The notes under the pieces are model-generated. The model had not been told where the DNA came from, ran no database searches, and was given only the letters and a program-made list of their open reading frames with translations. A stretch of DNA of 63,660 nt, the filler included, from Albugo candida (Eukaryota), in the NCBI GenBank assembly GCA_040437565.1. It is 34 parts of 34 records of this genome, joined end to end, with 100 filler letters (N's around TTAATTAATTAA, not from the genome) between each part and the next. Parts side by side here need not be neighbours in the genome. Positions count along the whole stretch, not along the records: positions 23,093 to 24,895 come from JBDOQK010000413.1; positions 24,996 to 26,789 come from JBDOQK010000414.1; positions 26,890 to 28,681 come from JBDOQK010000415.1; positions 28,782 to 30,572 come from JBDOQK010000416.1; positions 30,673 to 32,460 come from JBDOQK010000417.1; positions 32,561 to 34,332 come from JBDOQK010000418.1; positions 34,433 to 36,201 come from JBDOQK010000419.1; 27 more parts are not named here. One strand, written 5' to 3'. The position numbers and the translations under genes were made by a program. Positions within the stretch are counted from its first letter, which is position 1, and each line of letters starts with the position of its first letter. Positions 24,632-36,201 of the stretch are shown in pieces.

Positions 24632-24895
24632 TTATTTATTTTTTTTCTTTATTTGACGTTTCTTATTAACTTTAGAAGCAACTGGTTTTCTAGTTACTTT
24701 CTTTTTTACCTGTTTGACAGGAGCTGCTTCTACTACTACTTCTTGTTCTTCTTCTTCAATTCGAGCCCTTTTTCTATTTTTAATTGATTCTTTTTTATTT
24801 TCACGAATCGTTTCTTCTTCATCGTCTTCTTCTTCTTCGTCAACATCTTTTTCAATTACTCTTTTTTTTCTTGTTATTTGTACTTCTTCTTCTTC
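24632..24895 (-). CDS. Acidic/basic C-terminus of an unknown protein (5' partial)
   Basis: EEEEVQITRKKRVIEKDVDEEEEDD...VNKKRQIKKKNK*. Confidence 0.45.
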   Translation of the reverse strand, partial: EEEEVQITRKKRVIEKDVDEEEEDDEEETIRENKKESIKNRKRARIEEEEQEVVVEAAPVKQVKKKVTRKPVASKVNKKRQIKKKNK

Positions 24896-25098
24896 NNNNN
24901 NNNNNNNNNNNNNNNNNNNNNNNNNNNNNNNNNNNNNNNTTAATTAATTAANNNNNNNNNNNNNNNNNNNNNNNNNNNNNNNNNNNNNNNNNNNNTTAAT
25001 CTCAGTTAGGGACCGCAAGTGTGACGCATGCATTACACTATATCGAGATAGCTATGGCGTGAAGAGAATAAACCTTTTTAACAACACAATTAACAGAA

Positions 25099-26300
25099 AT
25101 GAACACTTCAAACGATAACATTACTTTCTTACCTTCCGAGATTGAGAACACGCCAGATTTGAAAAAATTGTTTGGTGATGTGCACAAGCTGATTGATAAA
25201 TATTTGGAGGAACATCCCGAAGCAGATGACAAGTCCACTCGACGTTTTGTGGCCGGTGATGTCTGCTACGAAGATCTTGATGAATTGAAGAATAGTTTCA
25301 TCATACCGCCAAAAAAGGAACAAAGGGCACCGACGACCTGGAATCTCTACGTTTCCGAACAACTCTTGTTGAAGAAGAACATGAATGAAATCTCTGAGAA
25401 GTATAATTCTATGAAGAGAGATAGAACGGAAGACTTTCTTCGGTTGGAAAACGAATGCCAATTAAAAAAGCAGAGAATGGTTGAAAAACAAGAAGAAGAA
25501 AAGGAGTCCCCAACCATAAGAATGAAGCAGTATTTAGATGATGTGACTTCTTTGACCATGTTTTGTGATGCCATGTACGAAAACTACAAGACCTCCATAT
25601 TGGTTTATGGAGCCACAGACACTGTGTATTCCAAGGTCTATTGTCCTTTCCAGCACTCTAATTCAGGCAAGTATTGCATATCATACAAAAAAAACTAAAG
25701 AATTCTGTCTAACGCCTAGCAAATGTCTATACATAGCGCTGGCTAAGCGTGCCGAGCATATATTGTTAGATTACACCGAAAGAAAAGATTTGCAGTTTAT
25801 ACTAAATGACATTATCAGCGTATATGGCGAAAAAGCTTCGTATTACAGAAGAGGTTTGTGCAGGGAAGAGTAAGAGAAAATGCAACTCTAATTAAAAGTT
25901 ATTCTTAATTGTAGGCTATGTTTCTGCTTCTTCAAATACTGCCTCCAAAAGTAATAAAGATGACTTGGTTAATCAATTCTTGCAACAAGCAAGGCTAGCA
26001 TTGAAAGGTAAATTTGCGTGTCAAATAATTATGTAAGTATGTGTTTATGCTCAAACGATTTTAATAGAGGCGACGGGTAAGGAAAAAGTAACTCGTGTCC
26101 CTTGGACCAAAATCATTGGTAATACTGAGAGCGACTATGCTATCACAGGCTGGCCAGAAACTATTACGATGCCTATCGAAAAGAAGAAGTTTGAACCTTA
26201 CAATCTTTCGATTGAAGAATTACAACAATTGACACAATTGTTTAAGGAAAAGAAGCTGAAAATTGTGCGCAATGTAGTTCGTAACACTCGACCCGAATAA
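25099..26300 (+). CDS. Four-exon protein with an HMG-box-like segment, probably transposon-associated
   Basis: RAPTTWNLYVSE...NEISEKYNSM. Introns at 25667-25736 (GC-AG), ~25854-25914 and ~26009-26067 splice in frame. The C-terminus has VPWTK...AITGWP. Confidence 0.65.
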
Positions 26301-26889
26301 AAATGAAGAATATGCTTCATTTAAAAGCACAGTTGTGAGCGGTAAACAAAAATATTCATGTAACAAGAAAGTTAAAAAATGCAAGAAGACGGCATACGAT
26401 TTTATTAAAGCTTTCTATTAAGTTAAAATACTTCTAAAAGATTTAGTGAACAATATAACAAATTGAGTGAAATTACAATCACATTTGTTTAAAAGCTAAT
26501 CTCCATAAATCAATGCACAATGTGACCTGCCATTTATAACAACAGATAGCCAAGATAATATTCGTAAACATCTTTTAAGGCTTCCGAAAGTAACAGTAAA
26601 TCACGACCTTGAAAACTTCTACAACCTGGATAAGTAATACATGCTTGACGGAAGCAACTGAGATTCGTTTGTGGTTAATGGCAACCTGTAGGCAGATGAC
26701 GATAAAATGACATACGACAGCAGTTATATAAGTTATTGATAAGAGGCCAATTAGATGAAATGCGGTAGCAGTTATAAGTTGTTAATGAGNNNNNNNNNNN
26801 NNNNNNNNNNNNNNNNNNNNNNNNNNNNNNNNNTTAATTAATTAANNNNNNNNNNNNNNNNNNNNNNNNNNNNNNNNNNNNNNNNNNNN

Positions 26890-27211
26890 CAAATCCTTCT
26901 TCAGTTAAAATGTTATTATTAATAATTTCATTTTCTTCAGCGCTATTATTATGATCATCATCTTCTTCAACGTTATTATTATGATCCTCATTTTCATCAT
27001 CGGGTGTGTCATCTGGGATAATACTGCTTAATTGAAAACCGTCGGATATATCTTCATTTATATACGTTTCGAATTCTTTGTTTGCATTTACTTTGTCTTC
27101 GATGGTTTCTAAATGAGGTGCGCCAGGAACAGATATTCTTTTATTTTTTTCTTTTGCTTCAAAATAAGCTTTTCTTTTGCTGCTAATAAATAACCCAGTA
27201 GTAGTAGTAGC

Positions 27212-27252
<41 letters not shown>

Positions 27253-28681
27253 GTGTTGTAGTAGAAATAGTAGTGTTGGTATTTTCTTCGGGAGCAGTAG
27301 TAGCGTCATGTGATGATGGAGAAATCAAACTGGCCCTGCAAGTTCAACAAAAAAGGGAAGATTACGTTAGTTGATATTTATATTCGCACATATTAAAAAA
27401 ATGTATGAAGTTTATGTACTTACAAATTGTTGTCATGTTGCTGTAATCTAATAATAGTAGCTTCTTGTTCTTTTGTATAATAATCATACAAGTAACTTTT
27501 CCAACTTTCTTCTACCACATTCTTTTGTTCTTCAATCACATGTTCTTCCCAATTTTCTATTTCCCAGTTTACATACTTTAATTCTGGATCCAGGGCAGTG
27601 GCACACGAGTAAACATTGGTAAAATCAGTCTTACCATAATACTTAGATAATTTGCTATAAGCAAGAGTGGCAGCATACTTCAGATCATCATTGACTGGGT
27701 TATCGCCATTCATATATTTATCAAGAGTATCAAAGAGGGTGTTGTACAAACAGACAGTTCTACTTATAGTTGTATATCTATTGTAAAAAATTGCATTTAA
27801 TAAAAACAAAAAGTACTTTCACGGTATGTAAATATCATATATTAAATAAAATATTTACCTTTGGGCACAAAGCCATAATGTACCAGTATAAAACACATTT
27901 AATAAATCACATAATCGACGTAAAAATTGAGATTCGTCATTACTTATAACATATTGAATAGTATTATGCTTTATAGCAGCAGGAGAAGAAGACTGAAGAG
28001 CATGGTTGTAAGCACCGTGTAAAAGAAGATATCTTTGAATCATATCGTAGGTAGAATTCCAGCGGGTACAACAGTCAAATTTCAACACTAATTTTGGTTG
28101 CTTTAAATAACCATCACGGTATCTAACAAACTTATCATTCAATTCATTTACAGATCTATATAAACAATTAAGAATGTATACTTGCGATTTGATTTACTCT
28201 TTTACTTACTTAATTTTTATACATCCCTTTCGTAACCTATTTACGATATTTGATTGAGATAAATTTGCTTCATTTGCTTCATTTGCTTCTTGATTTAGTA
28301 GATCATTTGCAACGTCAAATAAACTGGCTTCAGGATGGGGCGCGTCAGACTTGATACCTTTTACGATAAGATCTTGACAGGATAAATTCAAAACATGTGC
28401 AGTACATGATATAATATTATTTTTAGAGTTGAAATTGAAAGTCTTTCTTTCATTAGCTATCTTTTCTATATATTCTCCCATTGTTGTGTTGTTGCTTGCG
28501 TTATCACAAGTGATAGTAAAAAGTAAATGGGTAATTTGATAATCGTCTAACATACGAAGTAAAGTGACGCCCAAAGTCTCACCTATTTCAAATTGAAACT
28601 GTTAGTCATTAAATGAAGTAAAATGTAAAGATATAGTCATACCAGAATGAGCTTGTCCATTAAGACTCTCAAAGCCAATAG
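26890..28681 (-). mobile_element. hAT transposase, multi-exon, partial at both ends
   Basis: ITCDNASNN, CTAHVLNL, DCCTRWNSTYDM and ATALDPELK, with GT-AG introns. An (ACT)n tract at 27197-27251 encodes poly-Thr. Confidence 0.92.
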
Positions 28682-28990
28682 NNNNNNNNNNNNNNNNNNN
28701 NNNNNNNNNNNNNNNNNNNNNNNNNTTAATTAATTAANNNNNNNNNNNNNNNNNNNNNNNNNNNNNNNNNNNNNNNNNNNNAAATCAGTTCATTTTTTAT
28801 GAAACCAAGTTACTGGTACATACCCAAAAAGTAAATGTACGGAAGTCCGTGCTTCAGTTGCCACACTAAAAATAATAACAAACAGCAAAAAGCGACAAAT
28901 AAAGAAGCAAATGTGTATATAATGGATACAATAATAATTAAGAAACAAATTTATAATTTTATTCAACGAAAATCTCTAAATACACCCAAT

Positions 28991-29597
28991 TTATTGTAAA
29001 CATTCTAATCTTTCAAATCTTTCTTTTTGCAGTAAAGTACGACGTAAAACGTGTACTTCTGATTCCAGATCTTTAATAAGCATTTCTTTGTCAACAAAAG
29101 ACTTGCAATCTATAACTCTATCGACATTAAACGAACCTGGATATAGTATCTCTTGTTGCTTTGCTCTCATATTATCCAAGCTCCACTCCATTATCCTTAA
29201 CGTCAATGCCTTACTATCTTCTTCAGCTTTTCTTGACCTATCACCCTTATTGTAGGAATAGTGCTGATAGTAAACCGTTGCTTTATACAAGGTGTAGAAT
29301 TTCTCTTGTAGTTCTTTAATTTGTTCCTCATATTTAATATATTCGAGTATTTCAGCTGCCTGGTTTTCTTCTTCTGTAGTAGCAGACACATCATTTTTTC
29401 CTCTTTTCTTTCTTCATGATCATTATCTTCTTCTTTGACAGTAGTACCTCTTTTTTTGGTTTTTTTTTAATTGTTGACGAGGCAGTTGATTTGTTATCGT
29501 CATCGTTATCACTGGTTAAATCAATTGCGATAGGAGGAGTTTTGTCTTCATTTGATTGCATCAAATTAGGATCGCCATCATACATTATGAGAGACAT
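28991..29597 (-). pseudogene. Hypothetical gene broken by frameshifts at A-runs (could be sequencing error)
   Basis: Three protein-like segments in successive frames, joined at homopolymers near 29451 and 29394. Confidence 0.4.
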
Positions 29598-31503
29598 GAT
29601 TGTTATTTGTATAAAAAAAAATTTAAAGACTTTTTGATTGAAAAGAAAAATAATACTCTAAAAGTGGCATCTTTCTAATTATAAGATTTTTTGCTCTATC
29701 AAAAGCATTCGATTTTTGAAAAATCATACGTTACAAATCTTCTATGACAATATTTTTTTTTCAAAGTCCCTTCTGATTTCTGTTTGTAAAAAAAAAGGTA
29801 TCACCCGATTGCTTTATTTGCTTTTATAATACAAATATACAGAAGCCAAATCTATAAAAAGGGAAAAAAAATTGTCATTTATTTCCGCTTCTCTTTTTTT
29901 CACTCTTACTTATTTTTCACTTTGATTTTGTTCCAAAAAATTATCGTAAGTATAATGCATATTGTATATGTATTAAGATGATGCTAATTTTAAATATTCT
30001 TTAGATTTCTTAGGCGTGTAACAAATTCTCTTGATCAAGCTAACAATGACTTGAGACTTGATGCTATTTTAAAGTAAAATTTTATGTCATCATTTACTAA
30101 TGTTGTTTTATTTCTAAACCATATCTTTTAATATTTAGGTCATTATGTTACATATGGGCTAAAGTAGTACTTGCATGATGTGGATGGAAAAAGAGTTCTG
30201 TAAAAGATATAATGGGTAACGTATTAAATACTATGCAGATGTCTATATATACGTAAACTAATTTATTATATACGGTTTTAAGGGATGTGTCAAGCCTTTT
30301 TTCTATATATATGTTTTCCATTGGGTTCTTTGTAAATGTAAACAGTTAGTGATAAAGAGGAAGTCAAGTGGATAGAGGTAAGTTGCTGGTATATATGTGT
30401 GATTTATATTGCTAAACAGGAGATGCATATGTGTGGCATGCATGTTGTTTGATATTACCTTACACTCTATATCAATACGTTTTATATCTTTCGTACCTGT
30501 TATTTTACATATATTATTGTCATTATTATAAATTATAAACCTAATAAAAAAAATATTATTACAAACATATATNNNNNNNNNNNNNNNNNNNNNNNNNNNN
30601 NNNNNNNNNNNNNNNNTTAATTAATTAANNNNNNNNNNNNNNNNNNNNNNNNNNNNNNNNNNNNNNNNNNNNATTGTGTCAAAATAAGGACTATTTTACA
30701 CTGAAACAAAAAATTGAATAAAAAAACGAAATATTTTAAACTTCCTTTTTACTATTAAGAATAGAATAATCGTTATCAAGTTAACTTTTTGATCTTGTAT
30801 TTATATTTGAGCTTCGACTGTTTTTCCCTATATGAGAAGTATTGATTTGTATGACGCTTAATTTGTTCGATGTTTCTATTTTGTTATTCGTATGATGGTA
30901 GCGCAAGAGAAATCCACATTGATTCGGTGTGACCACGAATTCATCGTATTGACGAATATTATATATTTGGAATCAATCGCACTGTTTTTCTCTGTAATAT
31001 TATCAGTAATACATAGAAGAATAATAAGGTCGTCGCTACAACAATATCGTGTTTGATGAAGGACGTGATGCGGTAATAAGAGATGGCGCAGAAGGTAGTG
31101 GTGTCCAACAATACCAGTCTCGTACAACATTTAAAGCCGCATTTAAAGCAAGAAGCGTCAACTATTGCCGGATCAAACGGGCTTTACTTTTTTCAAAAAA
31201 GTTGGAATGAGTTGATAGGTTCTGTAATAGTGATGAAAGACTGGCAATACCCAGATATATTTTTCAGTTTTTACGGACTCGTGGTGGGCAGCGTTTTAGA
31301 GTAAATATTAAGTGAACATAAATAAAAATATCTTGTCATCAAATGGTTGGTATTTTATATCTTATAAAAAAAAGACGGTAGTAGTAAAATTGATATATAA
31401 TGAAGAAAAGGGGAAGATCTGAAAAAAAAAAGCAATGATATAGTTTATTTATTATTACATAGTAGGACCAGAAGGAATTTGAAAACTTAAAAATTATTGT
31501 AAT

Positions 31504-32400
31504 TTATTGACAACAATGATGCTTGTCATTATACTCTTTACTGTAAATATTAAAAAAACGATCACCTTTCTTAAACCAACCAAATTCACAAATGTCGTGA
31601 ATACTTAAACCAATAAGGTCTTCATCATCAGTCAAATATGATGCTTTTATAAGTCGGTCGGTGAGGCTGGCAGGAGGAGTAATACCATTTAGGTTATGAG
31701 GAATTTTGGAAAGGTGATTGTGAGGGGGGGTGTAATATGTTGGGCGTACCCAGTATTGCATTTCAGAAATGCTGTTGTAGTTGCTGTTGTTATTGCTATT
31801 GTTGCTATTGTTGTTGTTGTTGTTGTTGTTGTTCATTCTTCCAAGGGAAGAGACAGAATTTAACTTTTGATTTATTTTATATTTCAAATTTTCTGTTGTA
31901 TCAATAATATAACTCTATTGTTCGTTTGAAAAGTTAGTTACAGCATTTAATGGCAAGGAATCAATAGAAGTCAATAGTACTTACTCTAAACGTTAACAAA
32001 TTACAAACTAAGTTAGGTACTTCATTTTCAAGTTCATTTATAGTTGCTGGAAGAGAAGTGCTAAATCTTGGGATATTGACGTAGAGACCAGGAGAAGAAA
32101 GATGGAGGGTGCTTACGTCCATTGAATGACCAATCAACTGTATCAACCAGGGGAAACTTTGTCCACAATTCGATTTTACAAAGAAGTCTACTATATCTTT
32201 TCCTTCTCTGGTTATTTTGCCTTCATCATTAATTACTTTCTTATCACCAGCATGGCAAGCAGCTTCACCACATACAATATCATAATCATTTCCTTTATAG
32301 TTAAGAACAACTCTTACATCAATCTTAAAACCGATGACTTTATCAGCTTCATTATATAGATAACTTTTGTTTTCAGTAGTATATTTGTTACAAGATTCGG
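31504..32400 (-). pseudogene. Frameshifted Mucorales-type PD-(D/E)XK-like family gene
   Basis: VIGFKIDVR...DIVCGEAA...DEGKITREGK / DIVDFF / LIQLIGHSMDVSTLHLSSPGLYV...SLPATINEL...LLTFR, with frameshifts between the blocks. Confidence 0.55.
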
Positions 32401-34432
32401 AACTATAATTGAAGTTAGTTTTGTGTAATTTATAACATTATATATATAATAAATTGCTTGNNNNNNNNNNNNNNNNNNNNNNNNNNNNNNNNNNNNNNNN
32501 NNNNTTAATTAATTAANNNNNNNNNNNNNNNNNNNNNNNNNNNNNNNNNNNNNNNNNNNNAGATATATAGGTTTACTGAGATTGCTTCGTTAGATTCCGA
32601 ATCGCAACGCCCTCGCAAATAAAATTTTCTCATCGTCCGTGTAAGCTATTCTGGTAGAATTTGACATATCACTTTCCGATACGCTATCGACTACACATCT
32701 CAAATTGGACGAATTGGTACGAATGATTCGTATTGCTGCTCAGTGGCTGGTCATTATCGCGTTCATGATGATCAAATAAAGTCATCAACAACGAGAAGTG
32801 GCTCGCAATCTTGAACTATTAAGGCAGAAGCTTCCCGATGACCGCTAAGGACCTTAATAAATATATACTTTGCATTTTACCATCAAGTGCTCAAGCGACC
32901 CTTTCTTTGCTACTATTCTCGGATCTGCGCTGACCTAGTCTTGAAAAAATCGTCAAGTACGTGTATTAAGATCTTTTACTGCTAGTTACGTTAGGTACGT
33001 AGCTGTTGTCCGTAACAGATACAATAACACACATCACGCATCATCACTCGCGTTTGGATCAAGAATTTTGTGTTCAAGTACGGTAAAACGTCAACCTCGT
33101 AGCAGAAGCCAAAACGGTTCGCAACGTTTTACTTCGAATGGCCATACAAAATCTAACAAAGTCGTCGAATCACATTGACGTGGGATCCTTGCATGTATAT
33201 CTGATTTGACCTTTTCAACTCGCTGGGGAATGCGAGACTTATTTCAACCGTTTGCGTAATGCCCGCGGAGCTCTTACAGCACTTGAATCCTCTGATTGAG
33301 AAGCAAGCACCGGGCGATCAAAATCATAGCTGTATCACAAAATAGCTGCTAGCTCTCCGTTTATTGACATACGAAAGAAATTCGGTACGTTTGACATAGA
33401 ACACGACCATCATATTCAAATTAGCGGAACGTACTAGCGAACTGTACTAGCGATCAATTAGTCGTAGACCTCATTGTCAAGCTCACGACGAACAGTAATA
33501 ATCAGAATCAAATCCGCTTCTTCTTCTCGTGCTTTGGGCACTCAACAATATGGATGGACGAATGTGATTGAGCGAAACGTCTGTCAACACATTGCGGGTC
33601 TACACACTCAATTGACTTGGAGTAAGAATCAAACAGCGACGATAATATAGGCCGCAACATGCTCGTACCAAATGTCATAGTTGCTAATGAAGATTCAAGC
33701 ATCCTATTCGATGGATTGTCGTGTGTATCTGCAGGCTTTCCTTCAGTTGTATTAGAAAATACTAAAGCTGGTATTGTTGCCGTCCAGTTCTCCCATATGT
33801 ATTTGATTTTGAGCTGTACAAAACCAAACACGGCTCAGATTCTTACAAAGCGATGCAAAGGTCCTGAATACCAACGGTCAAGTAGAACTTCATCATGAGA
33901 GAATTGGTAAGGCTCAATGTGCGATATCTCACTTTCTCAGCTGCAAGAGAGATAGGGTGACAATCGGCAGGCACTTGGAAGCATGGAGCGAAGCTTTTGA
34001 GCCTTTCTTTCACGTCTCAAAAACCCTCGCTTTCGAAGAACCCATTCGTGTCGATGCTGAGAATCTGTTTCTGACCATGCTATAGCAATGTTCAACAAAT
34101 TCCATTTTGGCACCTTATCCTCTACATGAAGGAATATTCGTACTTCCTTGAAGCTAATTTCCCTGCGCCCTTGCTATTCTCCAGCTATTATGAGCGTTGT
34201 CTGATCATGCTTGAAAAGGTTAAGGACATCTCATGCTGAATGACACTCAATGATTCTGGAGCGTCTATCATGCTCCCAATCTAAGCCTTCATCACAAGAA
34301 CGACCGCTAATGCGAAAAGCTGAGATCGCATCNNNNNNNNNNNNNNNNNNNNNNNNNNNNNNNNNNNNNNNNNNNNTTAATTAATTAANNNNNNNNNNNN
34401 NNNNNNNNNNNNNNNNNNNNNNNNNNNNNNNN

Positions 34433-35272
34433 TTGTACCGCGGGAGGTGCGGAAGGCGGAGGAGCGACGCCTTGACCGCCAAGCGGCCCACTCGCCACGC
34501 CCGCTGTTTGTTTGCTATCGCCATTCGGAGTGAGCCGATCAGCCAGCGCGCCAATGCGTCGCAAGCGCTGCCAGCGCAGGAACAGCATCGTTCCCAGCGC
34601 GGCTGCCAGGATCAGCATTGCGGCGACGTGGAGCCATGAAAGATCGCGAAAGCCGCCGTCCATTATCATGTCTCCGTTGGGGGCTATGGCGGTCTCGTTC
34701 TTGAACCAGGTCAATGCGATCCGTCGTGGCGGCCACGACTGGTTGAGCGCCTGCAATGCGCTTATGCCACTCTCGGCCAGCGATAGACCTTCGCGGGTTG
34801 TAGCGACCGCGCTTTGCGCGCCGGCGAGGTCGTTCTTCGATTGGGCATGATGCAGGTCGAGTTGCCCTGCCGAAAGCATCTGACCGCCGGAACCTAAACG
34901 CGCGATTGCCTCAGTACGAATGGCCTGTCGGGCTTCGCGCGTGAGTGCCGGCAAGTCCATCATCGCTGGATAGAATGGCTTGCCGCCCCTGGCACCGCAG
35001 CATCCTCCAACCGTCGCCGGTGCGCCAATCGCCGCCGGCGACGGCTTCATCATGTCCATCATTCCGGCAGGACCAGCAGGCGGCGCGGATGCAGCCGACA
35101 TAGGGGCATTGCTGGCCGGGCCGGGGCTCGCGGCGCCGGGATGGTGCGACGCGTGCTCCGACGGCGCCACTTGCGCCAACGCCGCCGACGACCCGGTGGT
35201 CATCAGCAGCGCAGCTAATCCCAGCAGAAAAGAACTTTTCGCTCGGTTTATCGGAGCCCTACCGGTCTTCAT
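34433..35272 (-). CDS. Bacterial exported and membrane-anchored His/Met/Cys-rich protein (3' partial); probably the N-terminus of a 2Fe-2S/FAD oxidoreductase
   Basis: AGGA RBS, signal peptide ending ALA-Q, EHASHHP, GMMDMM, GGCCG and a TM helix WLHVAAMLILAAALGTMLFL. The C-terminal domain is inferred, not seen. Confidence 0.7.
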
Positions 35273-35288
35273 GCCAGTCCTACTAGGA

Positions 35289-35639
35289 TCACATGTCGTC
35301 GGACATCGGCTTTGCCATCGGCGCCTTCGGAGCGGGCTTCGCCGCTGTCGGCTTCGCCTTGGCACGATGGCTATGCGGCTTAGCCTTCATCGGCATCGGC
35401 ATCGGCGCTGGCTTGGCGGCCATGCCTCCCATGCCGCAACAACCGGGCTTCTTCGCGGGCATCTTCATGCCACCCTCCATCTGTCCGTCGCCCATCGGCA
35501 TCATCTTGTCATCACCCATCGGTGCAGGGGTCGATGACGGTGCCGGCGCCATTTGCGCAGCGGCAAGCGCTGGAGTGAACAACATCGCGGTAAATGCTAG
35601 GCCGATGGTCGATGCGCGAGCGCTGAAGTGTTGTTTCAT
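35289..35639 (-). CDS. Bacterial Met-rich periplasmic protein, putative Cu/Ag binding
   Basis: AAGGA RBS and a signal peptide, then MGDDKMMPMGDGQMEGGMKM, GCCGMGGM and HSH. Its stop lies 16 nt before the next gene. Confidence 0.75.
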   Translation of the reverse strand: MKQHFSARASTIGLAFTAMLFTPALAAAQMAPAPSSTPAPMGDDKMMPMGDGQMEGGMKMPAKKPGCCGMGGMAAKPAPMPMPMKAKPHSHRAKAKPTAAKPAPKAPMAKPMSDDM

Positions 35640-35977
35640 TGCGATATCCTTAGTCTCGAGGAGCCCAGTGCGGCGGCAACTACATGCTCCGCCAAAAGGC
35701 GGGGCTGCGGGTCGCGAACCAAACTCCATCAAAGATGGACCGCTAGGAATGACACCGCCATCATCGGATAATACGCAGGCCACGCACCGACCCCTCGTTG
35801 AGTGCGACATTTATTCGGCATCCGGAGAGCTTGCCGCCTGGTAGGGGATTAAGTGGCCTAGCCTGTGATTTGCGCTTAGTGTCGGATAGGCCGGAGCTGA
35901 ACGGCGACCTTCAAGACCATCGGAGGTGCGGCGTTGATCGACTTTGCCTACGCATTGAATTGGGCTGCGCGCCTCGC

Positions 35978-36138
35978 ATGACGGAGGCGCTGCCCCCGAA
36001 TGACGCGAACGCCGTTGCGGCAATGGCGCGGAGCAACTCCGCCATGGCCGAGGAACTTGGCCTGCTCATCGACGGCGCGACCGGCTACGCGATCTATATG
36101 CTAGACCCGCAGGGTCGCGTGACGATCTGGAATCTTGG
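35978..36138 (+). pseudogene. PAS-domain sensor histidine kinase (FixL-like) N-terminus interrupted by an IS
   Basis: ELGLLIDGATGYAIYMLDPQGRVTIWN is a typical PAS start. The similarity ends at the IS terminus. Confidence 0.8.
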
Positions 36139-36201
36139 TGTTGATTTGCGCTGAGAACTGACCCGGGATTTTCATCGAGAACTGACCCGGGTGGGTATGG
36201 G
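36139..36201. mobile_element. IS21-family insertion sequence terminus
   Basis: TGTTGATTTGCGCTGAGAACTGACCC resembles IS1326-type ends. The internal repeat GAGAACTGACCCGG occurs at 36153 and 36177. Confidence 0.8.

Noticed and set aside
32561-34332. ORF 33508-33831 and surrounding fragments
   Set aside because: No recognisable domain or consistent splice model.
34433-36201. Bacterial genes as horizontal transfer into the fungus; overlapping plus-strand ORFs
   Set aside because: The contig is wholly bacterial with no eukaryotic junction. The antisense ORFs are high-GC shadow frames.
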